From Eledone cirrhosa (taxonomy: Eukaryota), in NCBI GenBank assembly GCA_964016885.1, contig OZ024741.1:186000001-186064000 (forward strand): a stretch of DNA of 64,000 bases, in the 5' to 3' direction. The notes beneath the pieces are model-generated. The model searched no databases. It was not told the origin of the DNA and saw nothing but the letters and a program-made list of their open reading frames with translations. A program made the position numbers and the translations under genes. Positions 35,401 to 47,560 of the stretch are shown piece by piece (the stretch's first letter is position 1; each line of letters starts with the position of its first letter).

Positions 35401-38400
35401 TTTTGTGTTGGAGGTAATATTAGTGTTGTTTGTTATTTTATGTTGGAGGTAATGCTAGTGTTGTTTGTTATTTTATGTTGGAGGTAATGCTAGTGTTGTT
35501 TGTTATTTTATGTTGGAGGTAATGCTACTGTTGTTTATTTGTTATGTTGGCGGTAATGCTAGTGTTGTTTGTTATTTTATGTTGGAGGTAATGCTATGTT
35601 GTTTGTTATTTCATGTTGGAGGTAATGCTAGTGTTGTTTGTTATTTTATGTTGGAGGTAATGCTAGTGTTGTTTGTTATTTTATGTTGGAGGTAATGCTA
35701 TGTTGTTTGTTATTTTATGTTGGAGGTATTCCCTTGTTGCTTGTTATTTCGTGTTGGAGGTAATGTTAGTGTTGGTTGTTATTTTATGTTGGAGGTGTTG
35801 TTTGTTGTTGCCAGTGTTGTTGCCAGTGTTGTTTGTTGTTTTTTGTTGTAGGTATTCCCTTGTAGTTTGTTATTTTATGTTGGAGGTAATGCTAGTGTTG
35901 TTTGTTATTTTATGTTGGAGGTAATGCTAGTGTTGTTTGTTATTTTATGTTGGAGGTAATGCTAGTGTTGTTTGTTATTTTATGTTGGAGGTATTGCCTT
36001 GTTGTTTGTTATTTTGTGTTGGAGGTAATGCTAGTGTTGTTTGTTATTTTGTGTTGGAGGTATTGCCTTGTTGTTTGTTATCTTGTGTTGTAGGTAATGC
36101 TAGTGTTGTTTGTTATTTTATGTTGGAGGTAATGCTAGTGTTGTTTGTTATTTTATGTTGGAGGTAATGCTAGTGTTGTTTGTTATTTTATGTTGGAGGT
36201 ATTGCCTTGTTGTTTGTTATTTTGTGTTGGAGGTAATATTAGTGTTGTTTGTTATTTTATGTTGGAGGTATTGCCTTGTTGTTTGTTATTTTGTGTTGGA
36301 GGTAATGTTAGTGTTGTTTGTTATTTTATGTTGGAGGTAATGCTAGTGTTGTTTGTTATTTTATGTTGGAGGTAATGCTAGTGTTGTTTGTTATTTTATG
36401 TTGGAGGTAATGCTAGTGTTGATTGTTATTTTATGTTGGAGGTAATGCTAGTGTTGTTTGTTATTTTATGTTGGAGGTAATGCTAGTGTTGTTTGTTATT
36501 TTTTGTTGTAGGTATTGCCTTGTTGTTTGTTATCTTGTGTTGTAGGTAATGCTAGTGTTGTTTGTTATTTTATGTTGGAGGTAATGCTAGTGTTGTTTGT
36601 TATTTTATGTTGGAGGTAATGCTAGTGTTGTTTGTTATTTTATGTTGGAGTTAATGCTAGTGTTGTTTGTTATTTTTTGTTGTAGGTATTGCCTTGTTGT
36701 TTGTTATCTTGTGTTGTAGGTAATGCTAGTGTTGTTTGTTATTTTATGTTGGAGGTAATGCTAGTGTTGTTTGTTATTTTATGTTGGAGGTAATGCTAGT
36801 GTTGTTTGTTATTTTATGTTGGAGGTATTGCCTTGTTGTTTGTTATTTTGTGTTGGAGGTAATGTTAGTGTTGTTTGTTATTTTATGTTGGAGGTATTGC
36901 CTTGTTGTTTGTTATTTTGTGTTGGAGGTAATGTTAGTGTTGTTTGTTATTTTATGTTGGAGGTAATGCTAGTGTTGTTTGTTATTTTATGTTGGAGGTA
37001 ATGCTAGTGTTGTTTGTTATTTTATGTTGGAGGTAATGCTAGTGTTGTTTGTTATTTTATGTTGGAGGTAATGCTAGTGTTGTTTGTTATTTTGTGTTTG
37101 AGGTAATGTTAGTGTTGTTTGTTATTTTAAGTTGGAGGTAATGCTAGTGTTGTTTGTTTTTTGTTTGTTGGAGGTAATGCTAGTGTTGTTTGTTATTTCG
37201 TGTTGTAGGTATTGCATTGTTGTTTGTTATTTTGTGTTGGAGGCAATGCTAGTGTTGTTTGTTATTTTATGTTGGAGGTATTGCCTTGTTGTCTGTTATT
37301 TTATGTTGGAGGTAATGCTAGTGTTGTTTGTTATTTTGTGTTGGAGGTAATTCTAGTGTTGTTTGTTATTTTTTGTTGTAGGTATTGCCTTGTTGTTTGT
37401 TATCTTGTGTTGTAGGTAATGCTAGTGTTGTTTGTTATTTTATGTTGGAGGTAATGCTAGTGTTGTTTGTTATTTTATGTTGGAGGTATTACCTTGTTGT
37501 CTGTTATTTTGTGTTGGAGGTAATGTTAGTGTTGTTTGTTATTTTATGTTGGAGGTAATGCTAGTGTTGTTTGTTATTTTATGTTGGAGGTAATGCTAGT
37601 GTTGTTTGTTATTTTATGTTGGAGGTAATGCTACTGTTGTTTATTGTTATGTTGGCGGTAATGCTAGTGTTGTTTGTTATTTTATGTTGGAGGTAATGCT
37701 ATGTTGTTTGTTATTTCATGTTGGAGGTAATGCTAGTGTTGTTTGTTATTTTATGTTGGAGGTAATGCTAGTGTTGTTTGTTATTTTATGTTGGAGGTAA
37801 TGCTATGTTGTTTGTTATTTTATGTTGGAGGTATTCCCTTGTTGCTTGTTATTTCGTGTTGGAGGTAATGTTAGTGTTGTTTGTTATTTTATGTTGGAGG
37901 TGTTGTTTGTTGTTGCCAGTGTTGTTGCCAGTGTTGTTTGTTGTTTTTTGTTGTAGGTATTCCCTTGTAGTTTGTTATTTTATGTTGGAGGTAATGCTAG
38001 TGTTGTTTGTTATTTTATGTTGGAGGTAATGCTAGTGTTGTTTGTTATTTTATGTTGGAGGTAATGCTAGTGTTGTTTGTTATTTTGTGTTGGAGGTATT
38101 GCCTTGTTGTTTGTTAATTTGTGTTGGAGGTAATGCTAGTGTTGTTTGTTATTTTGTGTTGGAGGTATTGCCTTGTTGTTTGTTATTTTGTGTTGGAGGT
38201 AATGTTAGTGTTGTTTGTTATTTTATGTTGGAGGTATTGCCTTGTTGTTTGTTATTTTGTGTTGGAGGTAATGTTAGTGTTGTTTGTTATTTTGTGGTGG
38301 AGGTAATGCCTTGTTGTTTGTTATTTTGTGTTGGAAGTAATGTTAGTGTTGTTTGTTATTTTGTCGTGGAGGTAATGTTAGTGTTGTTTGTTATTTTGTG

Positions 38401-39480
38401 TTGGAGGTAATGCTAGTGTTGTTTGTTATTTTATGTTGGAGGTAATGCTAGTGTTCTTTTTTATTTTGTGTTGGAGGTAATGATAGTGTTGTTTGTTATT
38501 TTATGTTGGAGGTAATGTTAGTGTTGTTTGTTATTTTGTGTTGGAGGTAATGATAGTGTTGTTTGTTATTTTATGTTGGAGGTAATGCTAGTGTTGTTTG
38601 TTATTTTGTGTTGGAGGTAATGTTAGTGTTGTTTGTTATTTTATATTGGAGGTAATGCTAGAGTTGTTTGTTATTTTATGTTGGAGGTAATGCTAGTGTT
38701 GTTTTTTATTTTGTTTTGGAGGTAATGCCTTGTTGTTTGTTTGTTATTTTATGTTGGAGGTATTGCCTTGTTGTTTGTTATTTTGTGTTGGAGGTAATGT
38801 TAGTGTTGTTTGTTATTTTATGTTGGAGGTATTGCCTTGTTGTTTGTTATTTTGTGTTGGAGGTAATGTTAGTGTTGTTTGTTATTTTATGTTGGAGGTA
38901 ATGCTAGTGTTGTTTGTTATTTTATGTTGGAGGTAATGCTAGTGTTGTTTGTTATTTTATGTTGGAGGTAATGCTAGTGTTGTTTGTTATTTTATGTTGG
39001 AGGTAATGCTAGTGTTGTTTGTTATTTTGTGTTTGAGGTAATGTTAGTGTTGTTTGTTATTTTAAGTTGGAGGTAATGCTAGTGTTGTTTGTTTTTTGTT
39101 TGTTGGAGGTAATGCTAGTGTTGTTTGTTATTTCGTGTTGTAGGTATTGCATTGTTGTTTGTTATTTTGTGTTGGAGGCAATGCTAGTGTTGTTTGTTAT
39201 TTTATGTTGGAGGTATTGCCTTGTTGTCTGTTATTTTATGTTGGAGGTAATGCTAGTGTTGTTTGTTATTTTGTGTTGGAGGTAATTCTAGTGTTGTTTG
39301 TTATTTTTTGTTGTAGGTATTGCCTTGTTGTTTGTTATCTTGTGTTGTAGGTAATGCTAGTGTTGTTTGTTATTTTATGTTGGAGGTAATGCTAGTGTTG
39401 TTTGTTATTTTATGTTGGAGGTATTACCTTGTTGTCTGTTATTTTGTGTTGGAGGTAATGTTAGTGTTGTTTGTTATTTT
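29450..39480 (+). repeat. Duplication with period 5051 bp (4947 bp in its left part, a 104-bp three-monomer indel)
   Basis: ORF twins 30414/35465, 30622/35673, 32727/37778, 33617/38668 and 34016/39067 (offset 5051), and 29682/34629 and 30100/35047 (offset 4947). Confidence 0.92.
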
Positions 39481-40680
39481 ATGTTGGAGGTAATGCTAGT
39501 GTTGTTTGTTATTTTATGTTGGAGGTAATGCTAGTGTTGTTTGTTATTTTATGTTGGAGGTAATGCTACTGTTGTTTATTGTTATGTTGGCGGTAATGCT
39601 AGTGTTGTTTGTTATTTTATGTTGGAGGTAATGCTATGTTGTTTGTTATTTCATGTTGGAGGTAATGCTAGTGTTGTTTGTTATTTTATGTTGGAGGTAA
39701 TGCTAGTGTTGTTTGTTATTTTATGTTGGAGGTAATGCTATGTTGTTTGTTATTTTATGTTGGAGGTATTCCCTTGTTGCTTGTTATTTCGTGTTGGAGG
39801 TAATGTTAGTGTTGTTTGTTATTTTATGTTGGAGGTGTTGTTTGTTGTTGCCAGTGTTGTTGCCAGTGTTGTTTGTTGTTTTTTGTTGTAGGTATTCCCT
39901 TGTAGTTTGTTATTTTATGTTGGAGGTAATGCTAGTGTTGTTTGTTATTTTATGTTGGAGGTAATGCTAGTGTTGTTTGTTATTTTATGTTGGAGGTAAT
40001 GCTAGTGTTGTTTGTTATTTTGTGTTGGAGGTATTGCCTTGTTGTTTGTTAATTTGTGTTGGAGGTAATGCTAGTGTTGTTTGTTATTTTGTGTTGGAGG
40101 TATTGCCTTGTTGTTTGTTATTTTGTGTTGGAGGTAATGTTAGTGTTGTTTGTTATTTTATGTTGGAGGTATTGCCTTGTTGTTTGTTATTTTGTGTTGG
40201 AGGTAATGTTAGTGTTGTTTGTTATTTTGTGGTGGAGGTAATGCCTTGTTGTTTGTTATTTTGTGTTGGAAGTAATGTTAGTGTTGTTTGTTATTTTGTC
40301 GTGGAGGTAATGTTAGTGTTGTTTGTTATTTTGTGTTGGAGGTAATGCTAGTGTTGTTTGTTATTTTATGTTGGAGGTAATGCTAGTGTTCTTTTTTATT
40401 TTGTGTTGGAGGTAATGATAGTGTTGTTTGTTATTTTATGTTGGAGGTAATGTTAGTGTTGTTTGTTATTTTGTGTTGGAGGTAATGATAGTGTTGTTTG
40501 TTATTTTATGTTGGAGGTAGTGCTAGTGTTGTTTGTTATTTTGTGTTGGAGGTAATGTTAGTGTTGTTTGTTATTTTATATTGGAGGTAATGCTAGAGTT
40601 GTTTGTTATTTTATGTTGGAGGTAATGCTAGTGTTGTTTTTTATTTTGTTTTGGAGGTAATGCCTTGTTGTTTGTTATTT
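36800..40680 (+). repeat. Tandem duplication of a 1935-bp unit (about 36800-38740 and about 38740-40680); a partial equivalent lies at 31750-34430
   Basis: ORF twins 37132/39067, 37606/39541, 37778/39713 and 38042/39977, plus 32081/34016. Confidence 0.9.
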
Positions 40681-42049
40681 TTTGTTTGCGGTAATGTTAG
40701 TGTTGTTTGTTATTTTGTGTTGTAGGTAATGCTAGTGTTGTTTGTTATTTTGTGTTGGAGGTAATGCTAGTGTTGTTTGTTGTTTTGTGTTGTAGGTAAT
40801 GCTAGTGTTGTTTGTTATTTTGCGTTGGAGGTAATGTTAGTGTTGTTTGTTATTTTATGTTGGAGGTATTGCCTTGTTGTTTGTTATTTTGTGTTGGAGG
40901 TAATGTTAGTGTTGTTTGTTATTTTATGTTGGAGGTATTGCCTTGTTGTTTGTTATTTTGTGTTGGAGGTAATGTTAGTGTTGTTTGTTATTTTATGTTG
41001 GAGGTAATGCTAGTGTTGTTTGTTATTTTATGTTGGAGGTAATGCTAGTGTTGTTTGTTATTTTATGTTGGAGGTAATGCTAGTGTTGTTTGTTATTTTA
41101 TGTTAGAGGTAATGCTAGTGTTGTTTGTTATTTTGTGTTTGAGGTAATGTTAGTGTTGTTTGTTATTTTAAGTTGGAGGTAATGCTAGTGTTGTTTGTTT
41201 TTTGTTTGTTGGAGGTAATGCTAGTGTTGTTTGTTATTTCGTGTTGTAGGTATTGCATTGTTGTTTGTTATTTTGTGTTGGAGGCAATGCTAGTGTTGTT
41301 TGTTATTTTATGTTGGAGGTATTGCCTTGTTGTCTGTTATTTTATGTTGGCGGTAATGCTAGTGTTGTTTGTTATTTTGTGTTGGAGGTAATGCTAGTGT
41401 TGTTTGTTATTTTTTGTTGTAGGTATTGCCTTGTTGTTTGTTATCTTGTGTTGTAGGTAATGCTAGTGTTGTTTGTTATTTTATGTTGGAGGTAATGCTA
41501 GTGTTGTTTGTTATTTTATGTTGGAGGTATTACCTTGTTGTCTGTTATTTTGTGTTGAAGGTAATGTTAGTGTTGTTTGTTATTTTATGTTGGAGGTAAT
41601 GCTAGTGTTGTTTGTTATTTTATGTTGGAGGTAATGCTAGTGTTGTTTGTTATTTTATGTTGGAGGTATTGCCTTGTTGTTTGTTATTTTGTGTTGGAGG
41701 TAATGCTAGTGTTGTTTGTTATTTTGTGTTGGAGGTATTGCCTTGTTGTTTGTTATTTTGTGTTGGAGGTAATGTTAGTGTTGTTTGTTATTTTATGTTG
41801 GAGGTATTGCCTTGTTGTTTGTTATTTTGTGTTGGAGGTAATGTTAGTGTTGTTTGTTATTTTGTGGTGGATGTAATGCCTTGTTGTTTGTTATTTTGTG
41901 TTGGAAGTAATGTTAGTGTTGTTTGTTATTTTGTCGTGGAGGTAATGTTAGTGTTGTTTGTTATTTTGTGTTGGAGGTAATGCTAGTGTTGTTTGTCATT
42001 TTATGTTGGAGGTAATGCTAGTGTTGTTTTTTATTTTGTGTTGGAGGTA

Positions 42050-42550
42050 ATGTTAGTGTTGTTTGTTATTTTATATTGGATGTAATGCTAGAGTTGTTTG
42101 TTATTTTATGTTGGAGGTAATGCTAGTGTTGTTTTTTATTTTGTTTTGGAGGTAATGCCTTGTTGTTTGTTATTTTTGGTTTGCGGTAATGTTAGTGTTG
42201 TTTGTTATTTTGTGTTGTAGGTAATGCTAGTGTTGTTTGTTATTTTGTGTTGGAGGTAATGCTAGTGTTGTTTGTTGTTTTGTGTTGTAGGTAATGCTAG
42301 TGTTGTTTGTTATTTTATATTGGAGGTAATGCTAGAGTTGTTTGTTATTTTATGTTGGAGGTAATGCTAGTGTTGTTTTTTATTTTGTTTTGGAGGTAAT
42401 GCCTTGTTGTTTGTTATTTTTTGTTTGCGGTAATGTTAGTGTTGTTTGTTATTTTGTGTTGTAGGTAATGCTAGTGTTGTTTGTTATTTTGTGTTGGAGG
42501 TAATGCTAGTGTTGTTTGTTGTTTTGTGTTGTAGGTAATGCTAGTGTTGT
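42050..42550 (+). repeat. Local tandem duplication of 244 bp (7 monomers), repeated at about 60990-61490
   Basis: gctagagttg, ttttgttttgg, tttgcgg and gttgttttgtg occur twice in order at offset 244 (gag at 42091/42335 and 61033/61277). Confidence 0.85.
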
Positions 42551-43109
42551 TTGTTATTTTGCGTTGGAGGTAATGTTAGTGTTGTTTGTTATTTTATGTT
42601 GGAGGTAATGCCTTGTTGTTTGTTATTTTGTGTTGGAGGTAATGCTATGTTGTTTGTCATTTTGTGTTGGAGGTAATGCTAGTGTTGTTTGTTTTTTGTT
42701 TGTTGGAGGTAATGCTAGTGTTGTTTGTTATTTTATGTTGGAGGTAATGCTATGTTGTTTGTTATTTTGTGTTGGAGGTAATGCTAGTGTTGTTTGTTAT
42801 TTTGTGTTAGAGGTAATGCTAGTATTGTTTGTTATTTTGTGCTGAAGGTAATGTTAGTGTTGTTTGTTATTTTATTCTGGAGGTAATGCTAGTATTGTTT
42901 GTTATTTTGTGTTGGAGGTAATGTTAGTGTTGTTTGTTATTTTATGTTGGAGGTATTGCGTTGTTGTTTGTTATTTTGTGTTGGAGGTAATGTTAGTGTT
43001 GTTTGTTATTTTATGTTGGAGGTAATGCTAGTGTTGTTTGTTTATTGTTTGTTGGAGGTAATGCTAGTGTTGTTTGTTTTTTGTTTGTTGGAGGTAATGC
43101 TAGTGCTCT

Positions 43110-46100
43110 TTGTTATTTCGTGTTGTAGGTATTGCCTTGTTGTTTGTTATTTTGTGTTGGAGGTATTGCCTTGTTGTTTGTTATTTTGTGTTGGAGGCAA
43201 TGCAAGTGTTGTTTGTTATTTTATGTTAGAGGTAATGCTAGTGTTGTTTGTTATTTCATGTTGGAGGTAATGCTAGTGTTGTTAGTTATTTTATGTTGGA
43301 GGTAATGCTAGTGGTGTTTGTTATTTTATTTTGGAGGTAATGCTAGTGTTGTTTGTTATTTTATGTTGGAGGTATTCCCTTGCTGTATGTTATTTCGTGT
43401 TGGAGGTAATGTTAGTGTTGTTTGTTATTTTATGTTGGAGGTAATGCTAGTGTTGTTTGTTATTTTTTGTTGTAGGTATTGCTAGTGTTGTTTGTTATTT
43501 TATGTTGGAGGTATTGCCTTGTTGTTTGTTATTTTGTGTTGGAGGTATTCCCTTGTTGTTTGTTATTTCGTGTTGGAGGTAATGTTAGTGTTGTTTCTTA
43601 TTTTATGTTGGAGGTATTGCCTTGTTGTTTGTTATTTCGTGTTTGAAGTAATGCTAGTGTTGTTTGTTATTTTTTGTTGTAGGTATTGCCTTGTTGTTTG
43701 TTATTTTATGTTGGAGGTAATGCTAGTGTTGTTTGTTATTTTATGTTGGAGGTAATGCTAGTGTTGTTTTTTATTTTATGTTGGAGGTAATGCTAGTGTT
43801 GTTTGTTATTTTATGTTGGAGGTAATGTTAGTGTTGTTTGTTATTTTATGTTGGAGGTAATGCTAGTGTTGTTTGTTATTTTATGTTGGGGGTAATGCTA
43901 TGTTGTTTGTTATTTTATGTTGGGTGTAATGCTAGTATTGTTTGTTATTATATGTTGGAGGTAATGCTAGTGTTGTTTGTTATTTTATGTTGGAGGTAAT
44001 GCTAGTATTGTTTGTTATTTTATGTTGGAGGTAATGCTAGTTTTGTTTGTTATTTTATGTTGGAGGTAATGCTAGTGTTGTTTGTTATTTTATGTTGCAG
44101 GTAATGCTACTGTTGTTTGTTATTTTATGTTGGGGGTAATGCTAGTGTTGCTGGTTATTTTATGTTGGATGTAATGCTAGTGTTTTTTGTTATTTTATGT
44201 TGGAGGTAATGCTAGTGTTGTTTGTTATTTTATGTTGGAGGTATTGCTAGTGTTGTTTGTTATTTTATGTTGGAGGTAATGCTATGTTGTTTGTTATTTT
44301 ATGTTGGAGGTAATGCTAGTGTTGTTTGTTATTTTATGTTGGAGGTAATGCTAGTGTTGTTTGTTATTTTATGTTGGGGGTAATGCTAGTGTTGTTTGTT
44401 ATTTTATGTTGGAGGTAATGCTAGTGTTGTTTGTTATTTTATGTTGGAGGTAATGCTAGTGTTGTTTGTTATTTTGTGTTGGAGGTAATGCTAGTGTTGT
44501 TTGTTATTTTATGTTGGAGGTAATGCTAGTGTTGTTTGTTATTTTTTGTTGTAGGTATTGCTAGTGTTGTTTGTTATTTTATGTTGGAGGTATTGCGTTG
44601 TTGTTTGTTATTTCGTGTTGTAGGTATTGCCTTGTTGTTTGTTATTTTGTGTTGGAGGTATTGCCTTGTTGTTTGTTATTTTGTGTTGGAGGCAATGCAA
44701 GTGTTGTTTGTTATTTTATGTTAGAGGTAATGCTAGTGTTGTTTGTTATTTTATGTTGGAGGTAATGCTAGTGTTGTTAGTTATTTTATGTTGGAGGTAA
44801 TGCTAGTGGTGTTTGTTATTTTATTTTGGAGGTAATGCTAGTGTTGTTTGTTATTTTATGTTGGAGGTATTCCCTTGCTGTTTGTTATTTCGTGTTGGAG
44901 GTAATGTTAGTGTTGTTTGTTATTTTATGTTGGAGGTAATGCTAGTGTTGTTTGTTATTTTTTGTTGTAGGTATTGCTAGTGTTGTTTGTTATTTTATGT
45001 TGGAGGTATTGCCTTGTTGTTTGTTATTTTGTGTTGGAGGTATTCCCTTCTTGTTTGTTATTTCGTGTTGGAGGTAATGTTAGTGTTGTTTCTTATTTTA
45101 TGTTGGAGGTATTGCCTTGTTGTTTGTTATTTCGTGTTTGAAGTAATGCTAGTGTTGTTTGTTATTTTTTGTTGTAGGTCTTGCCTTGTTGTTTGTTATT
45201 TTATGTTGGAGGTAATGCTAGTGTTGTTTGTTATTTTATGTTGGAGGTAATGCTAGTGTTGTTTTTTATTTTATGTTGGAGGTAATGCTAGTGTTGTTTG
45301 TTATTTTATGTTGGAGGTAATGTTAGTGTTGTTTGTTATTTTATGTTGGAGGTAATGCTAGTGTTGTTTGTTATTTTATGTTGGGGGTAATGCTATGTTG
45401 TTTGTTATTTTATGTTGGGTGTAATGCTAGTATTGTTTGTTATTATATGTTGGAGGTAATGCTAGTGTTGTTTGTTATTTTATGTTGGAGGTAATGCTAG
45501 TGTTGTTTGTTATTTTTTGTTGTAGGTATTGCCTTGTTGTTTGTTATCTTGTGTTGTAGGTAATGCTAGTGTTGTTTGTTATTTTATGTTGGATGTAATG
45601 CTAGTGTTGTTTGTTATTTTATGTTGGAGGTAATGCTAGTGTTGTTTGTTATCTTATGTTGGAGTTAATGCTAGTGTTGTTTGTTATTTTTTGTTGTAGG
45701 TATTGCCTTGTTGTTTGTTATCTTGTGTTGTAGGTAATGCTAGTGTTGTTTGTTATTTTATGTTGGAGGTAATGCTAGTGTTGTTTGTTATTTTACGTTG
45801 GAGGTAATGCTAGTGTTGTTTGTTATTTTATGTTGGAGGTATTGCCTTGTCGTTTGTTATTTTGTGTTGGAGGTAATGTTAGTGTTGTTTGTTATTTTAT
45901 GTTGGAGGTATTGCCTTGTTGTTTGTTATTTTGTGTTGGAGGTAATGTTAGTGTTGTTTGTTATTTTATGTTGGAGGTAATGCTAGTGTTGTTTGTTATT
46001 TTATGTTGGAGGTAATGCTAGTGTTGTTTGTTATTTTATGTTGGAGGTAATGCTAGTGTTGTTTGTTATTTTATGTTGGAGGTAATGCTAGTGTTGTTTG

Positions 46101-47560
46101 TTATTTTGTGTTTGAGGTAATGTTAGTGTTGTTTGTTATTTTAAGTTGGAGGTAATGCTAGTGTTGTTTGTTTTTTGTTTGTTGGAGGTAATGCTAGTGT
46201 TGTTTGTTATTTCGTGTTGTAGGTATTGCATTGTTGTTTGTTATTTTGTGTTGGAGGCAATGCTAGTGTTGTTTGTTATTTTATGTTGGAGGTATTGCCT
46301 TGTTGTCTGTTATTTTATGTTGGAGGTAATGCTAGTGTTGTTTGTTATTTTGTGTTGGAGGTAATTCTAGTGTTGTTTGTTATTTTTTGTTGTAGGTATT
46401 GCCTTGTTGTTTGTTATTTTGTGTTGGAGGTATTGCCTTGTTGTTTGTTATTTTGTGTTGGAGGCAATGCAAGTGTTGTTTGTTATTTTATGTTAGAGGT
46501 AATGCTAGTGTTGTTTGTTATTTTATGTTGGAGGTAATGCTAGTGTTGTTAGTTATTTTATGTTGGAGGTAATGCTAGTGGTGTTTGTTATTTTATTTTG
46601 GAGGTAATGCTAGTGTTGTTTGTTATTTTATGTTGGAGGTATTCCCTTGCTGTTTGTTATTTCGTGTTGGAGGTAATGTTAGTGTTGTTTGTTATTTTAT
46701 GTTGGAGGTAATGCTAGTGTTGTTTGTTATTTTTTGTTGTAGGTATTGCTAGTGTTGTTTGTTATTTTATGTTGGAGGTATTGCCTTGTTGTTTGTTATT
46801 TTGTGTTGGAGGTATTCCCTTCTTGTTTGTTATTTCGTGTTGGAGGTAATGTTAGTGTTGTTTCTTATTTTATGTTGGAGGTATTGCCTTGTTGTTTGTT
46901 ATTTCGTGTTTGAAGTAATGCTAGTGTTGTTTGTTATTTTTTGTTGTAGGTCTTGCCTTGTTGTTTGTTATTTTATGTTGGAGGTAATGCTAGTGTTGTT
47001 TGTTATTTTATGTTGGAGGTAATGCTAGTGTTGTTTTTTATTTTATGTTGGAGGTAATGCTAGTGTTGTTTGTTATTTTATGTTGGAGGTAATGTTAGTG
47101 TTGTTTGTTATTTTATGTTGGAGGTAATGCTAGTGTTGTTTGTTATTTTATGTTGGGGGTAATGCTATGTTGTTTGTTATTTTATGTTGGGTGTAATGCT
47201 AGTATTGTTTGTTATTATATGTTGGAGGTAATGCTAGTGTTGTTTGTTATTTTATGTTGGAGGTAATGCTAGTGTTGTTTGTTATTTTTTGTTGTAGGTA
47301 TTGCCTTGTTGTTTGTTATCTTGTGTTGTAGGTAATGCTAGTGTTGTTTGTTATTTTATGTTGGAGGTAATGCTAGTGTTGTTTGTTATTTTATGTTGGA
47401 GGTAATGCTAGTGTTGTTTGTTATCTTATGTTGGAGTTAATGCTAGTGTTGTTTGTTATTTTTTGTTGTAGGTATTGCCTTGTTGTTTGTTATCTTGTGT
47501 TGTAGGTAATGCTAGTGTTGTTTGTTATTTTATGTTGGAGGTAATGCTAGTGTTGTTTGT
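43110..47560 (+). repeat. Three related copies of a block, at offsets 1495 and 1772 bp
   Basis: ORF twins 43492/44987/46759. Markers gcaatgcaag, gttagtt, gtggtg, gtttctt, tttgaagt and gggtgtaat recur in order. Confidence 0.85.
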